DNA from: Squalus acanthias | Taxonomy: Eukaryota | Reading direction: 5' to 3' | NCBI GenBank assembly: GCA_030390025.1 | Contig: CM059433.1 | Span: forward strand, 29,514,001-29,578,000 | DNA: 64,000 nucleotides | Shown: positions 24,233-38,749 of the stretch, piece after piece | How positions within the stretch are numbered: position 1 is the stretch's first letter | How the letters are laid out: the number at the start of each line of letters is the position of its first letter | Position numbers and translations under genes: made by a program | The notes under the pieces: generated by a model | Databases searched by the model: none | The model's input: the letters and a program-made list of their open reading frames with translations, nothing else | What the model was told of the DNA's origin: nothing

Positions 24233-25748
24233 GGCCGCAAATTTAATAGCGGTGAGGGAGTGGGTTTGGAGGCGGACCCGCTGTCAAAATAGCAAAGATT
24301 GACAGCGGGTAGGAAACCGGCAATGAATCACTGCATATACGCAAGTCTCCCAGGTGTCGGGTCTGTCAGCGGAGAACTGACCTGACACCAAGCAGCGGGG
24401 GATACAATTCAGCTACTTTAATGGCTTGGTAAGAGCCAATTTAAGACTATTTTGAGGCTTACTTCTAATTTTACCTTCTCCCCCACGGGTTACCCGCAGT
24501 TCGGGGAACACGCCAGCTCAACCTGGCGTGTTTTGAGTCTGCTCTGATGTTTGTGAAAAGCTGACAGCTGCAGAAGTGGTGTCAAGGATGCCATGTTGCA
24601 GATGGTGAGTTTCAGAGCGCAGAAAATGTTGGTTACTGCATTTTTAATACATATATAGATTTATTTAGCTTGCAAGTTTTTAGATCCAACTGTATGTCCA
24701 GTGCCACCTCATTGGGAGAACCTCTCTCACCAGTGACAGATCACTTCTGTCATCTCACCTGCAACTGCCATCTATTACAGCAACATCGGAGCCAATGAAA
24801 CAATCAGACCTTGGTCCTCCGAATCCTACCAACATCACCAACAACATCACCAACCTTCTCCGTCATCACCTGATGCTGCACTGGACACAGGGCATCAGCC
24901 CATGACAAAATCGCTGGCCAGGAGGCCAGCAATGGCATCACAAACCCTGGCTGCCACATGAAGCAGCAAGTTGACACCATCCCATACCAGCACTGTGAAG
25001 CATCCCTTTAATGTCCAAGCCATTCCATGCACACTCATCACTATAGCGGGTGGGGGGGGGTGCGGAGGGAGTTATGACTGAACAATCACTGGAACTCAGG
25101 AAGACACTTCTCAAGGTGTGCTCAGATCTGTCCAATAAGGGGCACTTTTGGAAAAACAGATTTCACTGTATGACAACAAATTACCAGAAACTTCACATGG
25201 ACATTGGCTAAACCTTTCAAGTGCCTACCCTTGTGTGTTGTTAGTTGGTATGTTTGCAGTAGGATGAGGGTGAGTGTGAGGGGTGGCTAGTGAGATGGGG
25301 AAGTGATAAAGTAGATAGAGAGGGTTGGGTGGAGGTGCAAGGTAAGTTGGTGTCCTGGGGAGGTCTCTTCCGCCCTTGGAAGGGAACAGAACCTCCCTGC
25401 ATACTGTGATTCCCTCCATAAGCATATGGAGGGAGTCATTGGAGATCCTGGGTGCAAGCGTTCACCTTTGTGCAGTGATTGTCAGTGTTTGCAGCACCTC
25501 AATGCTGTCAAACACTGACAGAACAACTGTTAAACTCCATGTGGACGTGGTCCCTTTAAGGAAACTGACTGATGATGCGCCATCAAATGACGTCATCAGA
25601 CCTGCTTCTGTTAATTGGCTGATAAGCCCGCAGTGGGGCTTAACAAGGCCAATCAAGGGAAAAATCACATCTACAGAGCAGATGCAGCTGGGAGCGGGAC
25701 CGGAACCCGGAAACCAGCTCTCCCGCCTCCTCCATTAAATTTGTGGCC
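24233..25748 (-). mobile_element. Non-autonomous Harbinger element with Myb relic (minus) and convergent transposase-side relic (plus)
   Basis: TIRs GGCCGCAAATTTAAT / ATTAAATTTGTGGCC; TSD TAC; inverted homolog of 42342-48635. Confidence 0.88.
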
Positions 25749-25984
25749 TACGTCTCCATTTGCTTGTGCATGCTTACATTCTCGCACAATTTCTACATGG
25801 TTTCCAAATACAACCCTTCTCTTGACTAATAGGCTATTTTTTGGGTGGGATTAAACCAAGTAATTCAAAAGGATTCAGCACTTGGCTCCTAACCAGGAGG
25901 TCCTAAGTTCAGGTCCAAGGTTCGACAGTCAGATTTCACTTGGGTGAGTTCTGACGACAAATTGGAGCAGCCTTAAGGTAAAGG

Positions 25985-26400
25985 CATTCTTCGAGATAAG
26001 AGAAGGCAGAGGGATGACCTGATAGAGGTCTGTAAAATTCTGAAAGGTTTGGTAGGGTAGATGTCGAGAAGATGTTGCCACTTATGAGGGAGTCCACAAC
26101 TACGGGCCATAAATTTAATATAGACACTAATAAATCCAATAGGGAATTCAGGAGAAATTTATTTACTCAGAGAGTGGTTAGAATGTGGAACTCGCTACTA
26201 TATGGAGTGGTTGAGGTGAATAGCATAGATGCATTTAAGGGGAAGCTGGATAAACGCAAGGGAGAAAGGAATAGAAGGTTATGCTGATTGGGTTAGATGA
26301 AGAGGGGTAGGAGGAGGCTCCTGTGAAGCAAAATATCGGCATGGACCTGTTGAGCCAGATGGCCTGTTTCCGTGCTGTACACGCAATATAATTCTATGTA
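25985..26400 (+). mobile_element. CR1 3' end
   Basis: FRRNLFTQRVVRMWNSL..AFKGKLD. Confidence 0.85.
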
Positions 26401-27229
26401 ATTCCACTTTGGGTGACTGACATTATCTAACTGCCCTCACTTGAATTGGCCTTGACGTAGCATCAAGGTTGCCGTGGAGGAGATGTCTTGGCCCAGACTA
26501 TCCTGTTTTTGGAGCTGGTGCACGGCACCTGCGAGAGAAAAACGGTAGGACAGAATGAAATATGGGGCAACAGAAGTTAAATCTAGATCGAAAGAAACCA
26601 ATAAACAGAAATGTGGTTTTAATTAAGTGATTCGATGCACTGAACCAGAATTGGAACTGTGGGTAAGTTTAGACACTACTTGCTGTTTCGGTTTAAGCCG
26701 AGATATGTGGCAGTTTCAATTTTAAGGTGGGATAGACTAATTAAGGACATTTCCCATGCTTGTCTTATATTTGATAGTTCACACAACTGTTCTAATGAAC
26801 TCTTCCACCTCTGTGGAGGGAGACACGAACATATGAAAATGACGGGCAGGAATAGGTCCATCAAGCCTACCGCACACTCATGTTGCTGGAGCATCATAAC
26901 TAGACACTTACCCATCCCCACCCAGCCCCCACCCTGCAGCCATGCAATCTCCTGCAAGAGGCACAAAACTAGAAAAAGAAACCCAGGGCCACGAAGGGGG
27001 AAATAAATCTGGAAAATTCCTCCCTGACTCCCTCAGGCAATCAAAACCAATCCAGCAACACTATTAAGTGACAAGAAACTTTTTGATCGGGTGCAGAACC
27101 TGCCTAACTCCAGGTAATTTTTGCCGCCTTTACTTGCCATCACTAATTACCCTGAAAGGTCGTAATGTTCTGGCGGGAAGTAGCGTTTCTCAAGGGTGGT
27201 TTATGGCTCTCCTATTGTTTACATTCATA

Positions 27230-27618
27230 AGAAAGAAAGAAAGACAGACAGACAGACATTTCTATAGCGCCTTTCACAACCACCGGACGTCTCAAAGCGC
27301 TTTACAGCCAATGAAGTACTTTTGGAGTGTAGTCACTATTGTAATGTAGGAAATGCGGCAGCCAATTTGTGCACAGCAAGCTTCCACAAACAGCAATGTG
27401 ATAATGACCAGATAATCTGTTTTTAGTGATGTTGATTGAGGGATAAATATTGGCCAGGACACCGGGGATAACTCCCCTGCTCTTCTTCAAAATAGTGCCA
27501 TGGTATCTTTTACGTCCACTTAAGAGTTTAACATCTCATCCGAAAGACAACACCTCCGACAGTACAGCACTCCCTCAGCATGGCACTGGAGTGTCAGCCT
27601 AGATTTTTGTACTCAAGT
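27230..27618 (-). mobile_element. tRNA-derived Deu-core SINE
   Basis: Reverse complement of 60473-60970. Confidence 0.8.
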
Positions 27619-28028
27619 GATGTGAAGAAGGGTATTTCTGGTATAATATTATGGAATTATTGCACACTGCCATGTGGGTAGGTAGTGCACATGAGGGAGA
27701 TAGATCATATCGAAAGGATTTGAACCAATTAAGGGTCAGTAACCAGAGGACACAGAATTTGGGTAATTGGCAAAAGAGCCAGAAGTGAGATGAGGAGAAT
27801 TTTTTTACTCCGTGAGTTGTTAGGATGATCTGGAATACACTGCCTGAAAGGGTGGTGGAAGCAAGTTCAATAGTAACTTTCAAAAGGGAATTAGATAAAT
27901 AATTGTAGGGAAGAATTGCAGGGATATGGGGAAAGAGCAGGGGAATGGAAATAATTCGATAGCTCTTTCAAAGAGCCGGCACAGGCACGATGGGCTGAAT
28001 GGCCTCCTTTTGTACCATAAGATTCTAT

Positions 28029-28656
28029 GGCCCGTATTTTCCGATCAGAGGCTTCCTGCATGCGGAGGCCTCCGATCTGGAAAAAATCTACGTCCTTACC
28101 TGAGGGCTCCGGAGGTCTGGACATTTCCGCTCCTGGGCCTTTGCTTTACGAAATGCGCAGGACCCAGGTATCCCAGGGGCGCATGCGATTCACAAGCATC
28201 CCTGGGATCATGTGGGCCATGGGGAACCAATCAAAGAAGGGAATCCCCCTTCACACTTTTGACAGGTCTCTCAGCTTAGACCTGTCAAAAGTATGACTGG
28301 GGATCACTCAAAAAACACATCAAAACAATAAATAATTTTTTTTTTAAATCATGTTTTTAATATTAGTTAAAATTACATTAAATTAAATATTGTAAACAAA
28401 TTTATTTTTTGGGAAAAAAATTAAAGTTTTTTACGGGGCTAAAAATAAACTTACCTTTTTTAAAAGTATTTTTAAATTATAAATGAGTGCAAAAAAATTA
28501 TTTTTTAAATTTTTTTAACTCTTATGCTGTAAAAGCAGGCAGAGGCCCTTCTCCAGGGCAGGCGCAGGATCTGTCAAGAGGAAACCGGCACTTGCGAGAT
28601 CCCTACAGGTGTGTACACAGCTCGTACACACCCGTAGGGATCGGAAAATGCGGGCC
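28029..28656. mobile_element. Harbinger-type MITE with AT-rich core, inserted in a CR1 tail
   Basis: TIRs GGCCCGTATTTTCCGATC / GATCGGAAAATGCGGGCC; TSD TAT. Confidence 0.9.
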
Positions 28657-29177
28657 TATGATTCTATGAAATGGGGAAGCTGAGGCACGGCCGATGGATT
28701 TTAGTACATGTATAAATGTAATGTTCTACACGCTGGCACAGGAAATGTGAAAGATGGGTATCTATTAGCAAAGGGAGAAAAAGATTTGATCACAGACTTT
28801 CACTGAAGCTGACTAATCAAGTACCAGAAAGCTTCTCAAGAAGATTGGAAGAGGAACCAAGTGATCCAAATCACTACTAGACCATTATTGAGGCTACATT
28901 TGAAGTGATGTTTGTATTTATGGACAGCTTACATTCAAAGGGACATTGATGTATTGGAGCGGGTTCAGAAAAAAGTGACAAAGATACTTCCAGTCATTAG
29001 GGCACTTTGTGAAGAAACACTGAACTGAACTGGTCTTCATTGTAAAAAGAAATTGAAGGGCAGACTTGGCCCAGTGCTGAGAGGAACTCCAGCAGTTTAT
29101 TTAGCTTTGACTGTGAGTACCAAAGTGATGCACGAGTATAAAACCAACAGGTCTCAAACAAGAGTAGACATTAAAGA

Positions 29178-29612
29178 AGAAAGAAAGACTTGCATTTATA
29201 TAGCGCCTTTCACAACCTCGGGACACTCAAGCGCTTTATAGTCAATGAAGCACTTTTTGAAGTGTCATCACAGTTGTAATGTAGGAAATGCGGCAGCCAA
29301 TTTGCGCACAGCCAGGTCCCACAAACAGCAATGTGATAATGACCAGATAATCAGTTTTTAATTATGTTGGCTGAGGGATAAATATTGACAAGAACCAAGA
29401 ACACTGGGGAGAACTCACCTTTCTCTTCTTCGAAATAGTGCCATGGGATCTTTTACGTGCACCCGAGAGGCCAGACAGTTTAACGTCTCATCTGAAATAT
29501 GACAACTACGACAGTGCAGCACTCCCTCAATTCCACACTGGAGAGTCAGCCTGGCTTATGTGCTCAAGTCTTTGGAATGGGATTTGAACCCACAACCTTC
29601 TGACTCAGAGCC
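29178..29612 (-). mobile_element. tRNA-derived Deu-core SINE
   Basis: Includes the reverse-complement B box (GATTTGAACCC) and Deu-like core. Confidence 0.82.
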
Positions 29613-30608
29613 ACGGCTGATTGGGTTGATTTTCTGCACAATGGCTGAAAAGCGGAATAAGGGAAAAAATTTAAAAGAGCTTCCTCCAGGAGATTCAATG
29701 GGTTGGGTGCACAATAAGATGTATGTAGTCTGTGGAAGACTTGATGGGCTGAATGGTGTTTCCTTGCTCATGCTTTGTTGTGTTCCTAACCTTTAATTCA
29801 TCTGCATACTCCGAGTGTAAATGCAGATGAAAAAAAATCCTCGAGTTAAGAAGCTTCCTTCTCCTCAATGAATGCAATTCTGAGGAGCAAGGAAAAGTGG
29901 TAAAAACAAGAATGTGTTGGTGAGTCTGAATTTAATAAATGAGACCTGGTAATACAGGTAGTGCGGATTAATAAATCACATAAATGAAATGTGGGCACTT
30001 GGAGAAATAAATCAAATAGATGAGACGTGATTAGAGAAAAGTAGAATTAATGGGAGCTGGGCAGAGGAAGAAATAAATAAAATGAATCAGATGCACCTTT
30101 AAATAAAATTAATATAAATGCCTTTAAGTGCAAGTTAATGAGACTTAAAGTTGGAAAACAAAATGTTACTGAGGCCTGTCTTCAAATAAAAACGAGTTTG
30201 ATTGCAGAAGTGCGATCCAGTGTTCGATGTGGAATGGAATTGCTGATCCTCTTTGTTTGAATTAGTGACTAGCTGCAATAAGTATGTGTAAGCAGCAGGG
30301 TCTTGTTTCCAGTGTAGAGGGCATGCTACAATCCTCAAACAAAAGAAATTCTCACGCCCCACAGGAAATGTCAGCTTTGATTTTTTGCACTTTTCAGAGT
30401 AGCTTTAAATATGTCATTGTCTCCAGGTATCTTTTCAGAGACAAACAGCAATCCACTTGTAACTGTAAGTACCTTAGCCATATCGTGCCCTAATCTTAAG
30501 GAGCAGTTACAATGCCAGTTTTATTTTGATACAAAGCATCAGTGTAAAAATAGCAGTGTAACTTGCAACATAGGTATTGCTGGACAATAAAAGACCCAAG
30601 GTCCATCT

Positions 30609-32822
30609 AAGAACATAAGAAATAAGAGCAGGAGTAGGCCATACGGCCCCTCGAGCCTGCTCCGCCATTCAATAAGAACATGGCTGATCATTGACCTCAA
30701 CTCCACTTGCCTGCCCGATCTCCATATCCCTTAATTCCTTTAGAGTCCAAAAATCTATTTATCTCAGCTTTGAATATACTCAAAAACTCAACATTCACAG
30801 CCCTCTGGGGTAGAGAATTCCAACGATTCACAACCGTCTGAGTGAAGAAATTCCTCCTCATCTCAGTCTTAAATGGCCTACCCCTTATCCTGAGACTATG
30901 CCACCTAGTTTTAGACACTCCAGCCAGGGGAAACAACCTCTCAGCGTCTACCCTGTCAATCCCCTTCAGAATCTTGTATGTTTCAATGAGATCACCTCTC
31001 ATTCTTCTAAACTCCAGAGTATAGGCCCATTCTACACAATCTCTCATCATAGGACAGCCCTCTCATCCCAGGAATCAATCTAGTGAACCTTCTTTGCACT
31101 GCCTCCAAGGCAAGTATATCCTTCCTCAGATAAGGAGACTAAAACTGTGCACAGTACTCCAGGTGTGGTCTCACCAAGCCCCTGTACAATTGTGGCAAGA
31201 ATTCCTTACTCTTATACACCAACCCCCTTGCAATAAAGGCCAACATGCCATTTGCCTTCCTTATTGCTTGCTGTACCTGCATGCTAGCTTTCTGTGTTTC
31301 TTGCACGAGGACACCCAAATCTCTCTGAACACCAACATTTGAAAGTTTCTCACCATTTAAAAGATATTCTGTTTTTTTATTCTTCCTACCAAAGTGAATA
31401 ACCTCACATTTCCCTACATTATACTCCATCTGCCACCTTACTGCCCACTCACTTAGTCTATCTAGATCCCTTTGCAGACTTTGTGTTTTCCTCACAGCTT
31501 ACTGTCTCACCTAGCTTTGTATCATCAGCAAACTTGGATACATTACACTCCGTCCCTTCATCTAGGTCATTAATATAGATTGTAAATAACTGAGGCCCCA
31601 ACACTGATCCTTGCGGCACCCCACTAGTTACAGCCTGCCAACCTGAAAAAGATCCGTTTATCCCTATTCTCTGTTTTCTGTCCGTTAACCAATCCTTTAT
31701 CCATGCTACTATATTACCCCCAACCCCATGAGCCCTAATCTTGTGTAATAACCTTTAATGTGGCACCTTATCAAATGCCTTTTGGAAATCCAAATATACT
31801 ACATCCACTGGTTCCCCTTTATCTATCCTGCAAGTTACATCCTCAAAAAACTCTAATAAATTTGTCAAACACAATTTCCCTTTCATAAAACCATGTTGAC
31901 TCTGCCTAATCATGTTATGATTTTCTAAGTGCCCTGATACCACTTCCTTAACAATGGATTCTAGCATTTTCCCAATGACTAATGTCAGGCTAACTGGCCT
32001 CTAGTTCCCTGTTTATTCTCTCCCTCCTTTCTTGAATAGCGGTGTTACATTTGCGACCTTCCAATCCGCTGGGACCATTCTAGAACCTAGAGAATTTTGG
32101 AAGATCAAAACCACTATCTCTTCAGCCACCTCTTTTAGAACCCTAGGATGTAGGCCATCAGGTCCAGGGGATTTGTCGGCTTTTAGTCCCATTAGTTTCT
32201 CTAGTACTTTTTCTCTACTTATATTAATTACGTTAAGTTCCTCACCCTCATCAGACACTTGTTTCCCCACCATTTCTGGTATGCTTTTTGTGTCTTCTAC
32301 TGTGAAGACAGATACAAAATATTTGTTTAACGTTTCTGCCATTTCCTTATTCCCCATAATAATTTCTTCTGTCTCAGCCTCTAAGGGACCAACATTTACT
32401 TTTGCTGCTCTCCTTTTTACATACTTATAGAAGCATTTACAATCTGCTTTTATATTTCTTGCTAGTTTTCTCTCATATATTCTATTTTTTCCCTTTTCAT
32501 CAATTTTTTGGTCAACCTTTGCTGGTTTCTGAAACTCTCTCAATTCTCAGGCTTACTATTATTCTTTGCAACATTATAAGCCTCTTCTTTCAATCTAATG
32601 CTATCCTTAACTTCTTTAGTTAGCCACGGTTGGATCACTTTTCCCCTGGAGTTTTTGTTTCTCAATGGAATGTATTTTGTTGAGAATTATGAAATATTTC
32701 TTTAAATGCTAGCCACAGCTTATCTACCACTTTTAATCTATTTTTCCAATCTACCTTAGCCAATTCGCCCCTCATACCTATGTAATTGGCTTTATTTAAG
32801 TTTAAGACTCTAGTTTCGGACT
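30609..32822 (-). mobile_element. CR1 LINE, 2.2-kb 5'-truncated copy with frameshifts
   Basis: KSPGPDGLHPRVLKE, YLDFQKAFDKVPH, RPHLEYC; (CATAAGAA)n tail at the left end. Confidence 0.95.
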
Positions 32823-33160
32823 TGGGCAAGTCTAGTTTGCCTCCTACCATCCTGGTAGTCGCTTGATACAATGATAATGGAGTTGTTGACTAATCATAGC
32901 AATCAATCTCTATCAATTAGTCTACAACAGACCCAGACATGAGGTGAGCAAAACCCCAGTGGTGGAGAGCTTTGGGAACCAGAGGTCCAAACTCACCTGT
33001 TCCTCCCAATCACGCTACACTCGCCACATGTCATGTCTAAGTTGGGCGTTACTGATCTGACTCCCAAGCTCGCCAAAAGCTGAAAGGTCCAATACCCTCC
33101 TCCCTCCCCCTTCCAGGAAACCATCTCACATCTCCAGAAGAATTTGAGCTTGAAGGCTTT

Positions 33161-33914
33161 GGCCTGTATATTCCGATCGGAAACTTCCTTCGTGCGGAGG
33201 CCTCCGATCTGGAAAAAATCTACGAACGTACCTGAGGGCTCCCGAGGTGCGTATACTTCCATTCCTGGGCCTCTCCAAACTCGAAATGTGCAGGGCCCAC
33301 GTATCCCAGAGGCGCATGCAGTTGGCAAGCGTCCCTGGGATCACGTGGGCAATGGGAAGCCAATAGAAGAAGGGAATCTCCCTTCATACACTTGACAGAT
33401 AGACCTGTCAAATATATGAATGGAGATCACCCCAAAAACACTGTAAAACATTAAATAATTTTTTTTTTAAATCACATTTTTAAAATGAGTTGAAATTGCA
33501 ATAAATTAAATATTTTAAACAAAAATGTAATTTTTTGAAAAAAATAATTAGTTTTTTACGGGGCTAAAAATAAACTTACCTTTTTTAAAGTATTTTTAAA
33601 TGATAAATGAGTGAAATTTTTTTTAAAACTTTTTTTCAACTCTCATGCTGGTAAAAGCAGGCCTTACGCCTGCTTTTACCAGGTGTAAGATTTCTAAGGG
33701 TTTTCTGCGGGCGGAGGTTCTCCAGAAAGCGGAACTATCCGCCCGCAGAGGCCCTTCTCTAGGGCAGGCGTCCGATCTGTCAGGAGCATTGTTGACAGAT
33801 CAGAAATGCCGGTTTTCAGCGCATGCGCTTGGCATGCCTGAAACCGGCATTTCCGATGTCCCTACGGGTGTGTACGCAGCTCGTATACACCTGTTGGCAT
33901 CGGAATATACGGCC
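33161..33914. mobile_element. Harbinger-type MITE with AT-rich core (same family as 28029)
   Basis: TIRs GGCCTGTATATTCCGAT / ATCGGAATATACGGCC; flanks TTT/TAA are not a clean TSD. Confidence 0.85.
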
Positions 33915-34322
33915 TAATGTTATGTTGGTGGAAACCAGACATTGCAGTCCACCCTTTATATTCTCTTACTTTCCCCTTCTTCCATTTTATTGTCTCCATT
34001 AAGGTGCTGAATCTTCTGATAGACAAGTATGTAAAAAAAATCATATTAAGCACATTCTTGACCCGAACTCCCTTAATGTAAGGAATTTTTAGTCTAGAGT
34101 GCACTTCATTTATTTTTTCACATCCCTCTATCAGGTGGATTAAAAATAAAACAGTCTTCAGCCCAAACTCAGTACCAATGCAGAGCATATCATTACCATT
34201 GGTCTGATTTTAAACTGGACTGTCCAGTTTTCGAGATATTACGGGATGAAAACTGGGACAGCCAAAGTCGGACTTTCGGCTGCTGGTCGTGTTTCAATAA
34301 TGCTGCATGTATATGCAAGCAG

Positions 34323-34666
34323 TAGGGTTGCCAGCCCACCAGGATTGTCCTGGAGTCTCCAGGAAGTAAAGATTAAAAAATTACCTGTGGGTTTTTTTCA
34401 TGTTCTTTAGTTGATCGATTAGTTCGAAAATATTGGAGAGGGGGGGAAAAAAAGACTGTTTGACTGACAAGTCAAGAATCATCCAATCGAATAATGAAGA
34501 GCCTGCTCGCTTTCCAGCGGGAGGGCGGGTCACCGCAAAGATTGACATGTCGGGTGGACAATGATGGGAGCCTGGGGGGGGGGGGGGGGGGGGGGGGGTT
34601 GTTTGGAAGCGGGAGGTCATGTGATGAAATCTCCAGGAAGGCTTCCAACCAGAGTTGGCAACCCAA
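34323..34666. mobile_element. hAT-type MITE containing a long G run
   Basis: TIR TAGGGTTGCCA; 8-bp TSD GCAAGCAG/GCGAGCAG. Confidence 0.85.
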
Positions 34667-36121
34667 GCGAGCAGACGCATATCACTCCAGATGTGTGACG
34701 TCCTGATTCCACACAGTCTTGTCTCTTGAAGACCGGAGGGTAGCCATGTTTAGTTTTTCTTTAAATGTATTCAGCTGATGGCAGGTACTCCTATAGAGAG
34801 GGTTTCCTAATGCAAGCACGTCATCTGCGGTTGTACAGACCAACAGCAATGTAAGAGGTGCGATTCAAGTCTGCTTAAACCTCAGTGTACAGTGTCTCTT
34901 TAAGCAAATGTACTTTCTCATTAATTCCCGACTGCCTTTGCCTGACGCATGGCGAAGTGCAACAAATATATTAAAGTCCGGAACTGATGTGTGTGACTAA
35001 CCCATCGCAACAAAGGCTGTATACCGGGAGTTTAGCTCCTTGTGAACAAAAGAAAATTTAATGGAACTGTGTAAGCAAAAAAGAGAACTATCCTCCATAT
35101 GGCAAATACGGATGATACATGACAACACATTAATCACATTTGTTAAAAAAGCGTAATTGGAATCTTCAAAAATGCCAAATATAGTCATGGTTTTTTTCCA
35201 CTCCTATATATACAACAGAATTAAACATTTGAACCAAATTTAGATCTTCTGAACCGATACTGGATCAAGCTGTTAGTTCAATTTCCTATCCTAGTGCTCT
35301 CCTGCCTCCCCATCATTCTCAGCTTACTTAAAGAGTGTTTCTGTTACATGCATAGCGATGGCAAAGAACGTGAGGAGTACCCCTCTTATTGATTTTCACT
35401 TTTTCAGTGTGTCGATATTGCAGCTAATATTTATAGTTCACACGCTGCAATCATTTCAGGCTCTGTGCTTTCTTGGTACTTATCTCAAACTTGTATTGAT
35501 AAAATTGAATAACACTCCTTGCGCATGCTGTTTCCAAGGGGCAAAGAATGCTGGGAGGGGGAGGGGGAGGCAAAGTCCCATTCTGCAGTACAATGCTGGG
35601 AATGATGCCTTAACCTGTTTGCATGAAATTCCGTTGTCACTAGTTTTAATAATGGAATTAACCCTTTTGCATTAACACCTTCGTTGAAATAGCAGACGGA
35701 GGTATTTCATACAAACAGTGTGATTTATGTTGTGTTTCCTGATCCTGGATTTTCTGCAGTTTGTCATATTCACATCTGTCCATGTTAAGCAGAATTGCCA
35801 TTATTACAGACAGTATTCTGATGCTGTAATCTCACTTAAGGAGGGCAACAAAGAAGGAACCAGGGTCACACTGTGAGTCAAAGACTTCATGTCCCCAATG
35901 ACTGCAAACTTGGCAGATTTTCTTGCTGCACTGTTACACACTGTTAAGAAAGAAGAAAGAAAGACTTGCACAACCTCAAGACATCGCAAAGTGCTTTAAG
36001 CCAATGAACTAATTTTGAAGTGTAGTCACTGTTGTTATGTAGGAAATGCAGCAGCCAATTTGCGCACAAGATCCCACAAACAGCAATATGATAATGACTA
36101 GATAATCTGTTTTAGTGGTGT

Positions 36122-37338
36122 TGAGAGAGTAGACAAGGGTAATGTAGTCGATGTAATTTATCTAGATTTTCAAAAGTCCTTTGACAAGGTACCACATAAT
36201 AGACTAATGAATAAGGTCAGAGCAAGTAGCAGAATGGATAACTAGCTGGCTTCAAGACAGAAAGCAGAGAGTAGGGGTAAAGGGTAGCTATTCAGAGTGG
36301 CAGAAGGTGGGAAGTGGTGTTCCAGAAGGATCAGTGCTGGAACCACTATTGTTCATAATTTATATTAACGATTTAGACTTTGGAATTAAAAACACAATTT
36401 CTAACTTTGCAGATGACACCAAATTGGGGGTGGGGGGGATAGTCAATACTGAGGAAGACTGCAACAAATTACAAGAAGGCATTAATAAACTTGAAGAATG
36501 GGCATATGATTGGCAAATGAAATTCAACACAGATAAATGTGAGGTATTACATGTTGATAAGAAAAATAGGGAGGTCACATATTACTTGGAAAATACAAAT
36601 CTAAGTGGGGTAGAGGAGCAAAGGGATCTCGGAGTACAAATACACAAATCACTGAAAATAGCGACACAGGTTAACAAGGCCATAAAAAAAGCAAACCAAA
36701 CACTAGGGTTTATTTCTAAAGGGATTGAATTGAAAAGTAGAGAAGTTATGCTAAACTTGTATTGAACCTTAGTTAGACCACACTTGGAGTACTGCATACA
36801 ATTCTGGTCACCATATTATCAAAAGGATATAGAAGCACTGGAGAGGGTGCAGAGAAGATTTACAAGGATGATACCAGAAATGCGAGGGTATACCTATCAG
36901 GATAGGATGAACAGGCTGGGTCTCTTTTCTCTTGAAAAGAGAAGGCTGATGGGTGACCTAATTGAGGTCTTTAAAATTATGAAAGGTTTTGATAGAGTAG
37001 ATACATGGAGTGTTTCCACTTGTGGGGAAGAGCAAAACTAGAGGTCATCAATATAAGATAGTCACCAAGAAATCAAATAGGGAATTCAGAAAGAACTTCT
37101 TTACCCAGAGAGTGGTGAGAATGTGGAATTCGCTACCACAGGGAGTGGTTGAAGCGAATAGTATAGATGCATTTAAGGGGCGGCTAGATAAGCATATGTG
37201 GGGGAAGGGAATAGAGGGTTATGCTGATAGAGTTAGATGAAGGAAGACCGGAGGAGGCTCGAGTGGAGCATAAATTCCAGCATGGATTGGTTGGACCAAA
37301 TGGCCTGTTTCTATGCTGTATATCCTATGTAATCGTAT
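36122..37338 (+). mobile_element. CR1 LINE (RT to 3' end) inserted into a minus-strand SINE (about 35945-36121 and 37340-37612)
   Basis: YLDFQKSFDKVPH, FADDTK, KNFFTQRVVRMWN; the SINE halves rejoin across it. Confidence 0.92.
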
Positions 37339-38322
37339 GATTCAGGGATAAATATTGGCCAGGACAGCAGGGATAACTCCCCTGCTCTTCTTCGAAATAA
37401 ATGTCATGGGATCTTTTACATTCACCTGAGAGCAGACGGGGCCTCAGTTTAACATCCCATCCGAAAGACGGCACCTCCGACAGTGCAGCGCTCCCTCAGT
37501 TACTGCACTGGGCGTGTCTGTCTAGATTATGTGCTCAAGTCTCTGAGTGGAGCTTGAATCCACAAGCTTCTGACTCAGAGACAGGAGTGCTACCAACTGT
37601 GACCCGACTGATACCTTAAAGAAGGTGATTAAATAATAGACAACAAAATGTCTGTGGCATGAAGAAGAATTTGTCTGGTGGACATTCTGGCAGTTATTCA
37701 GAAAGGTGGATTATTGCAGCCTAGATAAAGGGTGCACTTCACATTAATGAGAAACGAGAAGTGCCTTAGCTCTTACGGTTGTTAAATTTTTACGGACAAA
37801 CTAAAAAAAAAGCTATTCATTGTCATGTAATAAAAGCAGCAATTGCATGTAATGAGATTTTGTGACCCGATTATAATACAGTTTTTGTCCGATATGATGA
37901 GATTTTCAAATTTTAACAACACAAAGGCTGCAGTGTAATTTGAGAGTGAAGTTACAAAGCTGACAGAACAATATATTTTGGGAAAGGGGGTGACACCATC
38001 TTAAGCAGTTGGTGTCACGCCACTTTACATAGAAATACATAGAATTTTACAGCACAGAAACAGGCCATTTGGCCCAACTGGTCTATGCCGGTGTTTATGC
38101 TCCACACGAGTCTCCTCCAACCCCTCTTCATCTAACCTTATCAACATATCCTTCTATTGCTTTCTCCCTCATATGTTTATCTAGCCTCCCCTTAATCGCA
38201 TCTATGCTATTCATCTCAACTACTCCTTGTGGTAGCGAGTTCCACATTCTCACCAATCTCTGGGTAAAGAACTTTCTCCTGAATTCCTATTTGGTTTATT
38301 GGTGACTATCTTATATTTATGA

Positions 38323-38749
38323 GAGAAGTCGCACAACACCAGGTTATAGTCCAACAGCTTTATTTGAAATCACAAGCTTTCGGAGCGCTGCTCCTTCATC
38401 AGGTGAAGTGAAGAGATGCATATAGGCACAGCATGTATAGTCAGAGAACACTGCCAGATGATTACAGTTAATCTTTCTAACTGCCCTTTATCGCACCTCG
38501 GCAGAGAGATAATCACGGCAATCAAAGGTGTGGATGGTGTTCAAACAGGTCAGTCAGGAAAACATTACATCAAAGACAATGAGTCAACAAGGGGTCAAAT
38601 GTGGCAGATGCTGGGGTCTGTATGGAAAACAAAAAGCTTTTTTTGCTGGAAATCACAGCAGGTCCGGCCGCATCTGTGTAGAGAGAACAAGCCAACGACG
38701 ACTCGAGTCTGGATGACTCTACATCAGGTGGGGTTACATGTAGCATGAC
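38323..38749 (-). mobile_element. Penelope-like element 3' end (pseudo-LTR) with hammerhead motif
   Basis: 8-bp TSD ATTTATGA at 38315-38322 and 38750-38757; inverted homolog of 40876-41359. Confidence 0.85.
38370..38406 (-). ncRNA. Minimal type I hammerhead ribozyme motif
   Basis: Minus strand reads TCAC-CTGATGA-A-GGAGC-AGC-GCTCC-GAAA-GCTT-GTGA. Confidence 0.75.

Noticed and set aside
32830..33160. Possible additional LINE 3' end next to the CR1 at 30609-32822
   Set aside because: It looks repeat-derived but I could not assign it with confidence from motifs alone
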